Shown here: positions 8,657 through 18,158 of the stretch, piece after piece
How positions within the stretch are numbered: the stretch's first letter is position 1
How the letters are laid out: every line of letters starts with the position of its first letter
NCBI GenBank assembly: GCA_021789895.1
Contig: JAJYIU010000002.1
Coordinates: 93,805-157,804 of the forward strand
Direction: 5' to 3'
Length of the DNA: 64,000 nt
From: Acidobacteriota bacterium
GTDB lineage: Bacteria; Acidobacteriota; Terriglobia; Terriglobales; SCQP01
Position numbers and translations under genes: made by a program
The notes under the pieces: model-generated
Told to the model about the DNA's origin: nothing
Seen by the model: the letters and a program-made list of their open reading frames with translations, nothing else
Databases searched by the model: none

Positions 8657-9697
8657 ATGGGCGTTATGACGGAAGAATCGGCGCCCGCCCCCGCCGCCAG
8701 GTCCAGCCCCCGCCGGTTAACCGGGATGAACCCTTTGGCCTGGCTCCGCCGCCAGCCCGCTTATCTGGACTTTCGTTGGGCGACGCGGGAAGGCCTGGCC
8801 CGCGCCTGGCGGCGCCATGCCTGCGAGCGCCGCATCCTCGACACCCCTCCGCTCTGGACCGCTGCGGCCTCCCGCCGCATCGAAGTGCGCGCCCTGACCT
8901 GGCGGCGCGATTGTCTCGATCTGATCTGGGCCTTGAAGAGCTTTTATTTCTTCGCCGGGGTGGATTATCCCCTGGTCATCCACGACGGCGGCTTGTTGCC
9001 GCGGCAGTTGCAGCTCCTGCGGCGGCATTTCCCCAATGCCGGCTTCGTCACCGCCGGCGAGGCCGAACTGCGGGTGCCGGCCGAGCTCGAACGCCGCGGC
9101 CTCCGGCGCTGCCGGGCTTATCGCCGTAGCAATGTCGCCACCCGCAAGCTGTTCGACTTCTTCCTCTTCTCTGCCGCCGAGTATGTGATCTCGATTGATT
9201 CCGATATCGTGTTCTTCCGCCGCCCCGATCGGTTGTGCATCCCGCCGCAGGGCGATTTCAAGAATCGCTATAACAAAGATGCGGGCTACTGGTACTCGAT
9301 GAGCCTCGATGAGCTGGAGGCCAACTTTGGCATTCGCCCTCCCGAGCGCATCAACTCCGGCCTCTCGCTGGTTCGCCGCGCTTCGATGGATTTCGAAGCG
9401 ATGGAGCGCTGGCTGGCCCATCCCAAATTGTTCGCCGATCAATGGGTCACGGAACAGACCTTGCACGCGCTCTGCGCCGGCCTCTACGGCTTCGAATTCC
9501 TGCCGGATACTTACTGTGTCAGCACCAGCCCGGGCTTGTCTCCGGAGATGGTTTGCAAGCACTATCCCGGCTTCTTCCGCTATCTGCAATATGAAGAAGG
9601 CATGGCGCGCCTGATCGAAACCGGCTTTCTGCAGGCGCTGCGCCGCCAAACTTCTTTTGCGCCGCCGGCGAGCCCCGAAACGCTCGGCCCTGCTTAA
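8657..9697 (+). CDS. putative GT-A-fold glycosyltransferase (DxD motif)
   Basis: ORF 8450..9697 overlaps the flippase, so I use the ATG at 8657 (alternatives at 8666 and 8726). It has a DSD motif in a hydrophobic context (YVISIDSDIVFFRRP) and no TM helices. The family assignment is not certain. Confidence 0.5.
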   Translation: MGVMTEESAPAPAARSSPRRLTGMNPLAWLRRQPAYLDFRWATREGLARAWRRHACERRILDTPPLWTAAASRRIEVRALTWRRDCLDLIWALKSFYFFAGVDYPLVIHDGGLLPRQLQLLRRHFPNAGFVTAGEAELRVPAELERRGLRRCRAYRRSNVATRKLFDFFLFSAAEYVISIDSDIVFFRRPDRLCIPPQGDFKNRYNKDAGYWYSMSLDELEANFGIRPPERINSGLSLVRRASMDFEAMERWLAHPKLFADQWVTEQTLHALCAGLYGFEFLPDTYCVSTSPGLSPEMVCKHYPGFFRYLQYEEGMARLIETGFLQALRRQTSFAPPASPETLGPA

Positions 9698-10551
9698 AAT
9701 TCCAAACGATAGTCTGGCTTGCCGGGATCGTTGGGCCAATCCAATCCCGGAATCGGATAGCTCTCTCGCGCGCGGCTTTCCTGCTGCCCGTGCATGAGGT
9801 CCTTGTTTAGAAAAGTAACTTCCAGCACGCTCGGCGTCGCCGAGCCCGGAATCAACCGGGCCCAGTTGTTGCCGTGAATGTGCGTAACTTCAAACTTGTC
9901 CCGCAACTGGTTCACCATCCCGGCGAAATTCGGCCATAGTATGTCCAGCTCGTGAAACTCCACCGCCATTCCACTCACATACTCTGCAAATGGCTCCAGG
10001 TCGGGCAAGATCCGGAACTCCGATTGCTCGATATCCATTTTGATGAAAACGGAATTTTTCGCGATCCCGTCTTTTTGAAGCATCGAAAAGATATCGCCCA
10101 AGGTAATGAATCCCGGGCCGTTCTCGTTGGAGACTCCTTGTTGAAAACATCGCACATTCTCGCCGGCGCAAAACGAGCGGAAGTCGAAATACAAGCGGGC
10201 GGCTTTTTTAACCTCCCGCAGCCGCTGCCATGCCGCTCGCCAACGCCCCAAGAGCAGCAACGTCAAAAATCTCAGGCTGAGGATTTCATTCAGGGCGTTG
10301 CTCAGCCGCCCACGGAAAATATCCCGGGATACGGAATGATCGAAACAGAGTATTTTGATTTCAGGCTTTCGCTTCCGGAAATCCGCCTCAAACGACCAAT
10401 CGTTGCCCAAGCCCAGGCTGATCAGATATCGCGAGTGAAGAATCGCTGCCTGGTTGATGACATACCCCCCGTCGGCATCCCTCCCGAGTCGCACCAGATC
10501 GTTCAAGCATCTCGGCCGGTAGCTGGCAAGGGACGGCGGCATGATCTTCAT
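9694..10551 (-). CDS. FkbM-family SAM-dependent methyltransferase
   Basis: FkbM signature FIKMDIEQSEFRILPDL ... GMAVEFHELD. The ORF begins with TTG at 10602; ATG candidates are at 10551 and 10542. Its stop codon overlaps the convergent GT stop (TTAA at 9694-9697). GC is visibly lower than in the neighbouring genes. Confidence 0.75.
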   Translation of the reverse strand: MKIMPPSLASYRPRCLNDLVRLGRDADGGYVINQAAILHSRYLISLGLGNDWSFEADFRKRKPEIKILCFDHSVSRDIFRGRLSNALNEILSLRFLTLLLLGRWRAAWQRLREVKKAARLYFDFRSFCAGENVRCFQQGVSNENGPGFITLGDIFSMLQKDGIAKNSVFIKMDIEQSEFRILPDLEPFAEYVSGMAVEFHELDILWPNFAGMVNQLRDKFEVTHIHGNNWARLIPGSATPSVLEVTFLNKDLMHGQQESRARESYPIPGLDWPNDPGKPDYRLEF

Positions 10552-10767
10552 CTGGGGATATCGCACCCCGTATTTTCCTGTTTCCGTCCAAGCTCGCTGC
10601 AAAGGCTCCGGGGCGCCCTGGTTCTTTGGAAGCTCTCCCTGGATTGCAGCAAGAAACGTACGCCAGGCGATTCATAATGCCATAAATTCTATGCCGGTGA
10701 TTCGACCGCCACGATTCGTTTCCATGCATTCCTCTCGGAATTGAATTTGCATCCCTAAACGTTGAGA

Positions 10768-11916
10768 TCAGCCGGACGTTTGCGTAAAAGATTCTCCCGT
10801 AACCCGGCGGATCGCCTGCACCACCTCTTCCACCTGTATGGAAAGCATGCACGCGCTTTTGACCGGGTGCGCGCATTCGCCTGGCGTCAGCCCGCGAAAG
10901 TTTCGAATGCAGGGGGCGCAGGGCAGGCCGCTCTGCCGCACCAGGATGGCCCGCGGTCCCCACGGCGCCCATTGCTCCGGGGCGGTGGGGCCGAACAGCC
11001 CGACGGTGGGCGTCCCCTGGGCCGCCGCCAGATGCATGATTCCGGTATCGCCGCTGACCACCACCTGCACACGTTCGCAGACCGCCGCCAGTTCTTCGAT
11101 CGTGAAGGCCGGGCATGCCACCGAGCGTCCCGAAAAACCCCGGGCGAATTCGCCGGCCAGCGGTGCTTCCGGCGGCGTCGCGGTCAGCAGAAACACGGTG
11201 GCGCGATCGCGTTCCCGCAGGCGCTCGGCTAATTCGATGAAACGGGCGACCGGCCAGCGTTTGAAATCGTGCACCGTCCCGCAGCCCGGGTGTAGCAGGA
11301 TCGCCGCCGCCCCGTCTGGCATGGTGGCTTGCCACCAGGTGTTCACCCTGCTCCGGGCTGCTTCCGGAATCCGAATCGGCGCCGGCGCGGCCGGCAGGGT
11401 CAAATTCACATCGTAGGCCTTCGCCAGTTCCCAAAGCATTTGCCAATGGGTGCGCCGTTCGTCCAGCCGGATCGCATGGGTGAAATACCGCGCCTGCGGG
11501 CAATCGCACAACGGCTCGAAGCCGATGCGCCGGGGAATGCCGCAGGCTTCCAGCAGGGCCGCCACCATCACCGAGGTATGCTCGGTGGCGATCGCCGCCG
11601 TATAGCCTTGCTTGTTGATTTCCCCGATCAATCGCAGCCGGCCGCGCAGGCTCTGCTGCGCCGGTTCGATGCGGTGCTCGGCCGCCAATGGCAGCGTGCG
11701 CATGACTTCGAGGCCGAGACGGCTGCCCAGCACCCCCAACTTCAGGTCCGGATTCGCGCGTTGGAGGTGCGCGAGGATCGAGCGTGCCAGTACGGCATCG
11801 CCCAGCCCGCGCGTGCACGTGACCAGCAGCCGCGCAGCCTGGCCCTCCGCCGCTGCCGCGCGGCGCCGCCGTGCCCAAAGCAGGATGCAGCGTTGCGCCA
11901 GCGTTCGAGCCTTCAT
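10768..11916 (-). CDS. glycosyltransferase family 9 (heptosyltransferase-like)
   Basis: GT9 motifs: LLVTCTRGLGDAVLA near the N-terminus and VVSGDTGIMHLAAAQGTPTVGLFGPT near the C-terminus. Start placed at the internal ATG (MKARTLAQ...); the upstream extension to 12120 is Gly/Arg-rich. Confidence 0.8.
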   Translation of the reverse strand: MKARTLAQRCILLWARRRRAAAAEGQAARLLVTCTRGLGDAVLARSILAHLQRANPDLKLGVLGSRLGLEVMRTLPLAAEHRIEPAQQSLRGRLRLIGEINKQGYTAAIATEHTSVMVAALLEACGIPRRIGFEPLCDCPQARYFTHAIRLDERRTHWQMLWELAKAYDVNLTLPAAPAPIRIPEAARSRVNTWWQATMPDGAAAILLHPGCGTVHDFKRWPVARFIELAERLRERDRATVFLLTATPPEAPLAGEFARGFSGRSVACPAFTIEELAAVCERVQVVVSGDTGIMHLAAAQGTPTVGLFGPTAPEQWAPWGPRAILVRQSGLPCAPCIRNFRGLTPGECAHPVKSACMLSIQVEEVVQAIRRVTGESFTQTSG

Positions 11917-12252
11917 CGTTTCTGCCCGTGCAGGTCCCCGCCTTCGGCTGCCGCCCGCTCCACCGCGACGATGGCCGGCGCCGGTTTCCATGCAGCCCAG
12001 CTCGCGGCATGCCCGGAAACATAGTGTATGCGAACCGCCCCTCCATGCGCCGCCGCCATGGTCTGGGCCGGAAACGCATTCTATGCCTTCGCTCCCGCCA
12101 TTCCGGGTTGATCCGGCCATGGTTTAACGTGAATAATTGAACTCTGCGCCTGAGTATCCGGGCCGTAAGTTCAAGCCGTATCCGGATTTTCCGCTCCCCA
12201 ACGCTGAGCGCAGCGTGTATAGTTTAGCTAACACTAGTGAGTGCATCCCCCC

Positions 12253-14214
12253 ATGAGTGATAACATCAATGGGCGTAAACCGGCCGAAGCGATGGAATTA
12301 CAGGAATTTAGCGCCTTTTTCGATTACGCCCCCGAGCCCTGCTGTATCGCCACTCCGGAAGGCATCCTCCTGCGCGTGAATGCAACCCTCGCCCAGGTGC
12401 TGGGCTCGCGCAATGAGGACTTGGCCGGTCATTCCCTGTTCACCTATTTGCACGCGGACGATCGCGCCCTGGGACAGCAGTGGCTGGAAACCTTATCGGC
12501 GGATAAACTGGCGACCCAAAAACTGCGTCTGAAGCGCCAGGACGGCAATTATTGCGGCTTGCTTTGCAAGGCCGCCTTTTCCGTTTCGGCGCGCCGCATA
12601 TTTATCATCGGGCGCGAATTGCCCGAACCCAACGGCACGCTCGAGGCTCTCGCCAACACCCATACCCTCGAAGAACTTGGCGCCTTAGCCGGCCGGCTGG
12701 CGCACGACTTCAATAATCTGCTTACCCGGATTCATGGTTATAGCTGCCTGTTGCTCGATCTGCTGGACGAGGAAGATCCCAACCGGCGCTATATGGAACG
12801 CATCCAGGAGGCGGGCGAGCAGGCGGTCGGCATCACCAACCAGTTGCTCGAAACCAGCCGCCGCTATGCCGGCGTGCTCGCGTTTGCCGACCTGATCGAG
12901 CCCTCGCCCGCGGCCGGCAGCGCGGCGGCGCCCGCGCCCGCCGCGCAACCCGAGCTCGCGGCCGGTTCGGATCCCTCCGCGCCCACCATCCTGGTGGTCG
13001 AAGACGATGCGGAAATTCGGGACTTGATGCGCATTGTCCTGCAGGGCGAAGGTTATAATCTGCTGCTCGCCGCCGATGGCGCCGAGGGCTTGGAAATCGG
13101 CCGCCGCTATGCCGGAAAAATCAATCTGCTGCTCACCGATGTCGTCATGCCGCGCATGGATGGCTTGAATCTGGCAAAGGAACTGCAGCGCCTGCGCCCG
13201 GAATTGGCCGTGCTGTTTGTTTCCGGCTACGCGGAAAGCAAGTTGGTCAGCGACGCCTTGCAAAAGGTGGATACCGTTTTCCTGCCCAAGCCATTTGGGC
13301 CGCAGACCTTGCTGGAACCGGTCCACAAGCTGCTCGCCCTGGCGCCCGCTGCCGCCGCGCCTCCGCCTTGGCTGGCTGCCGCGGCGGCGTCGGTGCCTGC
13401 TCCCGGCGCCGCCGCCCTCGCCGCCGATGCGCCGCACTCATCGTCGTTTCCAATGGAATTGCAGCCTGAGCCGGCCGCCGCGGATGCCAACTCTATCCCG
13501 ATCGTTCCGGAAGCGGATCCGGAAGCCTCGCCGCCAACTTGGTCCGGCGACAGTGAAACCATCTTCAGCTATATCGCCGATACCGATCTGCCTGCCCGGC
13601 GGCGTTGGTTGGCGCCGGGACTGGCCTTGGCGGTGCTCTTAGTGGTGGGGTTGGCACTCGCCTGGCTGTGGCGCGACCGTTGGCTGCATTCACCGGCCCC
13701 CGCCCGCCAAAGCTCTCTTCCTCATCCGGCGCATTCAGTCCCGCCCTCGCCGGCGGGTCAGGCTCCGCCCCCGGTCAAGCCCCAACCCTCCGCGTCCCCA
13801 ACCGCCGCGCCCGCCCCCTATGCTGCCGTTCCCGCCGCGCACACCACTCCGGCCTCGCCGGCGGCGCAACCGGGTGGCGCCGGCCTGGCGCAAATCGATA
13901 CCCCCAGGCTTGTGCAGCAAGGCGGCACGCTGAGCATCCTGTTGCCGGTGACCGGCCCCCTGCCCCGCGCCGACAGCCATCTCCTGCGCCACCCCCGGCG
14001 CTGGTATGTGGATTTTCAGCCGGCGATCAAATTGTCCGCCGCTTCCCGCTGGCCGGGTGCGGATTGGGTCCACGACTTGCGCCTGGCGCAGTTCGCCAAC
14101 CAGCCCGGGCATCAGGTGGTGCGGCTGGTGCTGGATTTGCCTGCCCAGGCCCCGCGCCTGCGGCTGCAAAGCCGGCCGCATGGCTTTCTGATCGTCGCTT
14201 CTCCGCCTTCCTGA
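12253..14214 (+). CDS. PAS - HisKA(DHp) - receiver - TM - Pro-rich linker - AMIN domain protein (no HATPase_c domain)
   Basis: Domains in order: PAS-like N-terminus; H-box LAHDFNNLLTRIHGY; Ala/Pro linker; REC (ILVVEDD ... LLLTDVVMP ... LPKPF); TM helix LAPGLALAVLLVVGLALAWLW; Pro-rich stretch; C-terminal AMIN-like motif (RRWYVDFQP ... VHDLRLAQFANQPGHQVVRLVLDLP). GTG at 12241 or ATG at 12253 could be the start. Confidence 0.8.
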   Translation: MSDNINGRKPAEAMELQEFSAFFDYAPEPCCIATPEGILLRVNATLAQVLGSRNEDLAGHSLFTYLHADDRALGQQWLETLSADKLATQKLRLKRQDGNYCGLLCKAAFSVSARRIFIIGRELPEPNGTLEALANTHTLEELGALAGRLAHDFNNLLTRIHGYSCLLLDLLDEEDPNRRYMERIQEAGEQAVGITNQLLETSRRYAGVLAFADLIEPSPAAGSAAAPAPAAQPELAAGSDPSAPTILVVEDDAEIRDLMRIVLQGEGYNLLLAADGAEGLEIGRRYAGKINLLLTDVVMPRMDGLNLAKELQRLRPELAVLFVSGYAESKLVSDALQKVDTVFLPKPFGPQTLLEPVHKLLALAPAAAAPPPWLAAAAASVPAPGAAALAADAPHSSSFPMELQPEPAAADANSIPIVPEADPEASPPTWSGDSETIFSYIADTDLPARRRWLAPGLALAVLLVVGLALAWLWRDRWLHSPAPARQSSLPHPAHSVPPSPAGQAPPPVKPQPSASPTAAPAPYAAVPAAHTTPASPAAQPGGAGLAQIDTPRLVQQGGTLSILLPVTGPLPRADSHLLRHPRRWYVDFQPAIKLSAASRWPGADWVHDLRLAQFANQPGHQVVRLVLDLPAQAPRLRLQSRPHGFLIVASPPS

Positions 14215-14235
14215 ACCCCGCCGCCGGGCTGCAAT

Positions 14236-15198
14236 CTAGCGGTGCGCGACGTAATACAGCAGCAGCATCAGCAGCGCCGGCAATGCCGCCAGCAAGGCAT
14301 AGAAAGCCAGCCGCCGGGCTTGCGGATTGCGCCGGCGCGCGGCCGGAGTCGAGCTGCGCTCGCGCGGCGTTACCGATTCCGGATGCTCCAGATCGAGCAT
14401 CATCTCCGCCGCCGAGGCGTACCGCTGCGCCGGTTGCCGCTCCAAGGCCCGGTACAGGATCTCTTCCAGCCGCGGATCCATCGCCGGATCGGCCTCGTGC
14501 GGCGGGATCGGATCGTTCAATAAGCGATCGTTCATGATCGCGAAGGGGTTGCCGCCGCGGAACGGCAGCTTGCCGGTGAGCATCTCGTAGAGCATGACCC
14601 CGAGCGCATAGAGATCGCTGCGGGCGTCGCCGCGCTGGCCTTTGACCTGCTCGGGCGAGATGTAATCCGGCGTTCCCATGGTTTTCGACAATTTGGCAAA
14701 GGTCAGCCGCCGGGCGCCGGCGTTGGCGGCCAGGCCGAAATCCAGAATTTTGACCTCGTCCCGGTCGTCGATCAGGATGTTTTCGGGCTTCAGATCGCGG
14801 TGCGCGACGCCCTGTTCATGCATGTGGCCGAGCGCGGCGGCAATCCGCCGCGCCAGCGCCAGCGCGCGCATTTGCGGCAGCGGCGCTTCGCGGGCGATGA
14901 TTTGCCGCAGCGGCCGGCCCTCCCCCCATTCCATCACCAGGTAAACATTGCCGGGCCGGATCGGCGCCAGCACCTTGACGATGCCGGGATGGTTCAGGCG
15001 CCGGCCCACCTCCGCTTCCCGCTGAAAGCGCTCGAAAAATACCGGATCGCACTCGATTTCCGCGTGTGGCACCTTGATCGCGACCTTCCGCCCGGTGGCT
15101 TCCTCGACGGCGCGATAGATGCACGCCATCCCGCTGCGCGCGATCATCTGCTCGATGCGATAACCGTCCAGTTGTTCGTTAGGTTGATACTCGCGCAT
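14236..15198 (-). CDS. Hanks-type Ser/Thr protein kinase, C-terminally membrane-anchored
   Basis: Motifs: VAIKV (catalytic Lys), HRDLKPENILID, DFGLA, GTPDYISPE. Single C-terminal TM helix (LAFYALLAALPALLMLLLYYV). Confidence 0.9.
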   Translation of the reverse strand: MREYQPNEQLDGYRIEQMIARSGMACIYRAVEEATGRKVAIKVPHAEIECDPVFFERFQREAEVGRRLNHPGIVKVLAPIRPGNVYLVMEWGEGRPLRQIIAREAPLPQMRALALARRIAAALGHMHEQGVAHRDLKPENILIDDRDEVKILDFGLAANAGARRLTFAKLSKTMGTPDYISPEQVKGQRGDARSDLYALGVMLYEMLTGKLPFRGGNPFAIMNDRLLNDPIPPHEADPAMDPRLEEILYRALERQPAQRYASAAEMMLDLEHPESVTPRERSSTPAARRRNPQARRLAFYALLAALPALLMLLLYYVAHR

Positions 15199-15263
15199 GC
15201 TGGAGCCGGCAAAAATGGAAAACGAGCGATCGCGGCGCCCGTTCCCATTGTCGCCCAGTTTCT

Positions 15264-16058
15264 TTACCGCAGCGCATAGGTCCGCCCGCGGTACATTCCG
15301 GTCGCTTCCACCTGGTGAATATGGACCACCAGCGCCGTGACATTATCGCCGCCGCCGTTGCCGTTGGCGAGCGCAATCAGCCGCTGCGCGGCCGCGGGCG
15401 GATCCGCTGGCCCGCCGAGTGCCGCGGCAATCTGGTCGGGCTCGACGTACGCATGCAATCCGTCGCTCGAAAGCAGCAGGCGATCGCCGGCCTGAAGCTG
15501 GTGAACCGCAATCTCCGCGCGCACCGTCATCCCGGTCCCCAGCGAGCGCGTGAGCAGGCTGCTATTGGGGGACGCGGCCCCGGCCTGCGCCGGGATCAGG
15601 CCGAGCCGCGCTTGTTCGGCGGCCAGGTTGTGGTCTTCCGTCAGCCGCCGCAGGCGCCCCTGGCGATAGAGATAACAGCGGGAATCGCCCACATGCGCCA
15701 CCGTGGCGCGATCGCGATGCAGAGCGCAGGCCACCAGCGTCGTCGCCATCCCGCCCGGGCCGGCCTCCAGGTTGCCGCTGAAGATGCGCGCGTTGATTTC
15801 CGCGATCAGCCGCTCCAGCACATTGCGTTGACTGGCTTGGGGCGGCGCGTGCTGGAAGCCTGCCACCAGCCCCTCGACCGCCCATCGGGCGGCAATCTCG
15901 CCCTGGCGCTGTCCCCCCACCCCGTCGGCGAGCACGAACAGGCAGCCCCGCTGCGCCAATTGCTTCGGCTCGGCCGGCACAAAGCTGCCGACTGCATCTT
16001 CGTTGTTGGCGCGAACCCGGCCCCGGTCGGAAACGGCGAAATGGGCAAGCGCGAGCAT
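15264..16058 (-). CDS. PP2C-family (PPM) Ser/Thr protein phosphatase
   Basis: This is the C-terminal 264 aa of track ORF 15264..17303, starting at MLALAHFAVSDRGRVRANNEDA. Motifs: FVLADGVGG, HVGDSRCY, LLLSSDGL, GGGDNVTALVV. The upstream part of the track ORF is out of frame and overlaps the permease gene. Confidence 0.85.
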   Translation of the reverse strand: MLALAHFAVSDRGRVRANNEDAVGSFVPAEPKQLAQRGCLFVLADGVGGQRQGEIAARWAVEGLVAGFQHAPPQASQRNVLERLIAEINARIFSGNLEAGPGGMATTLVACALHRDRATVAHVGDSRCYLYRQGRLRRLTEDHNLAAEQARLGLIPAQAGAASPNSSLLTRSLGTGMTVRAEIAVHQLQAGDRLLLSSDGLHAYVEPDQIAAALGGPADPPAAAQRLIALANGNGGGDNVTALVVHIHQVEATGMYRGRTYALR

Positions 16059-16150
16059 AACTCCAAATGCTGGCCGGGGCTGGCGGATATTGCGCTGGCT
16101 GCGGGCGGAGCCGGTCTCCGGTCCGGCCCCTGCACGCCGCCGCGGCGCGG

Positions 16151-17923
16151 CTACGCTGTGACGGCGTTCGGTTTGATCACCGGCACGGCCTTCTTGTTCC
16201 TGGCAAAATAGATCGCGCCATAGATGCCCCAGGCGGCTGCGACCCCCAGCGCCAGCAGCGGCTCTTTCGCCGTGCCGTAGCCCATGAAGGGCCCGATCAG
16301 GTAAAAGAGCATGCAGGCGAGATTGGCCGCGATTCCGAAGCTCGGCACCAGGCCGTGTTTCACCAGCTTGAATCCCGGCTTCTTCCAGAACGCCACGATG
16401 CAAACCAGGTTGCTCATGCCGTACAGCAGGAAGGTGCCGAAATTCGAAGCCAAGGTCATCATCAGCAGCGTATTCGGCCACTTGGCCATGCCCGCGTGCG
16501 TGGTGTAGCCGAAGCTGGACCAGAAGCCGTGCGGCAGCGCGGCAATCGCCGCATTCGTGGGCGCGCCGCCGTCGCCAAAAACGGCGGCCAGGGCGAGGCA
16601 GCCGACGATCGCCGAAATTGCCGTCAGCGTCCAGATCGCGCGATGCGGAGTCAGCTTCTCGCTGTGCAGCAACCCAAAGTGCTCCGGCACTTCCTTGTCT
16701 TTGCCCATCGCATAGGTCACGCGCGCGCCCGTATTGATGCAGGAGAGCGTGGTGCCAATCAGGGCGAGGAAGACCGTGACCGCTTCGATCAGCATGAAGG
16801 CGCGGCCGTGTCCGGCGCCGAAAATGGCGTCGCCCACCGTCACCATCAGATCGCCAATCGGCGCCGCCGAGCCGGTGGCGTTGGCCATGGTGTAGCCGCT
16901 GCTGAGCATGTAATTCGCGGCAAAGTATTCGATCAGGTAGAAAATCGCGCCTTGGATGATGAGCGAAAGAATAATGGCTTTCGGCAGGTCTTTCTTCGGG
17001 TTCTTCGCCTCGCCGCCCAGCGCCGTACAGGATTCGAAGCCGACCAGAATCAGAATGGCGACGGTGGCCTGTATGAACGCCCAGCTCAACTGGTGCGGCG
17101 CCACCACCGATCTGGCATTGGGATGGGTCAGAAAGTTGCCGCTGGCGTCGGATTTTGGATAGCTGACCACATACGGCACCGCTTGCCCGGCCGCGTTCAG
17201 CAGCGGACGGGGCGTGCCGTTGGCGAAACGCAGCACGTTGCCCTTGGCATCCGTGGCGAACTGGTAGGTGTAGGCGTCGCCCGAGGCCGCATCGAACTGC
17301 CACGCCTGCGATCCCGGCGGGTGCGCCATGCGATAGTGGATCGCCATGAACGTGAACACCAGCAGCGCCGAGATCTGTATGACATTGATCGCCACGCTGA
17401 CCGCGGTCGAACCGTTCACGCCGCGCGAGGCGATATAGCCAACCACGCCGGCGAAGACGATGGCGATGAGCATCATGAACGGGATGCCCGGATTGGAGGC
17501 GCTCATGACATTGGGCCAGAGCGTGCCCACCAGGTAACCGCAGAGAATGCCCATCGTGGCGACCATCACTCCGGGGTAGATCCAGTAATAAAGGTGTGAG
17601 GCCCAGCCGATCATGAACTTGGCGGGCCGGGCGTACTTTGCGGCCTCATCGCGGTTGAGAAATGCCTGCTCGGCGAAAAAGTAAGAGCTGCCGGGCCCGG
17701 GGTAGAGCTTGGCCAGCTCGCCATAGGACAGCGCCGTCGCCAGGCAGAGCAGCAGCGCGATCAGAATGCCAAACCACATCGCCGGCGCGGTTGTGCCGGT
17801 GGTGGCTTGGATGTAGAAGGTGAGCCAGAGAAACGCCCCCGGCGCGATCAGCGCCATCGCGTTCGAGGTCAGGCCCGTCAAGCCCAAAGTGGGCTGCATT
17901 TCGACGGTGGATGCGTCCTTCAT
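16151..17923 (-). CDS. APC-superfamily amino acid/polyamine permease
   Basis: About 12+ TM helices with APC-like composition. The start is at the ATG with an AAGGAG Shine-Dalgarno sequence (MKDASTVEMQPTLGLTG...). Same strand as the PP2C and kinase genes, with 93- and 65-nt gaps. Confidence 0.8.
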   Translation of the reverse strand: MKDASTVEMQPTLGLTGLTSNAMALIAPGAFLWLTFYIQATTGTTAPAMWFGILIALLLCLATALSYGELAKLYPGPGSSYFFAEQAFLNRDEAAKYARPAKFMIGWASHLYYWIYPGVMVATMGILCGYLVGTLWPNVMSASNPGIPFMMLIAIVFAGVVGYIASRGVNGSTAVSVAINVIQISALLVFTFMAIHYRMAHPPGSQAWQFDAASGDAYTYQFATDAKGNVLRFANGTPRPLLNAAGQAVPYVVSYPKSDASGNFLTHPNARSVVAPHQLSWAFIQATVAILILVGFESCTALGGEAKNPKKDLPKAIILSLIIQGAIFYLIEYFAANYMLSSGYTMANATGSAAPIGDLMVTVGDAIFGAGHGRAFMLIEAVTVFLALIGTTLSCINTGARVTYAMGKDKEVPEHFGLLHSEKLTPHRAIWTLTAISAIVGCLALAAVFGDGGAPTNAAIAALPHGFWSSFGYTTHAGMAKWPNTLLMMTLASNFGTFLLYGMSNLVCIVAFWKKPGFKLVKHGLVPSFGIAANLACMLFYLIGPFMGYGTAKEPLLALGVAAAWGIYGAIYFARNKKAVPVIKPNAVTA

Positions 17924-18158
17924 GCGGCAATCTCCTTGCGGAATCAGAATTCCGGTTTCCAATGAACGGTGCGGGCCGGGACGGATCGGAGTCCCAAGGA
18001 AATTGCACGAACGGGGTGCAGGAAAAGAGCAGCCGGAAACGGTGGGTGCTGCCGGCGCGCTTTCTTTGCTCACACTGCCTGAGCCGCGCCGGGAATGGAA
18101 ACAGAAAATTTCTATGATGAGCATCGGCGGGAGTGATCGGCGGCGATTGAAAAAATGA

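Noticed and set aside
10388-12079. 563-aa minus-strand ORF spanning the FkbM/GT9 region.
   Set aside because: It is an alternate frame of the GT9 gene. It is extremely Arg/Gly/Pro/Ala-rich with no domain signatures. The frame at 10768..11916 carries clear GT9 motifs.
16059-17599. The N-terminal 415 aa of track ORF 15264..17303, and the plus-strand ORF 16067..17599 (510 aa).
   Set aside because: Both overlap the APC permease gene in other frames or on the other strand. The real PP2C starts at the internal Met (16058), where the recognisable motifs begin.
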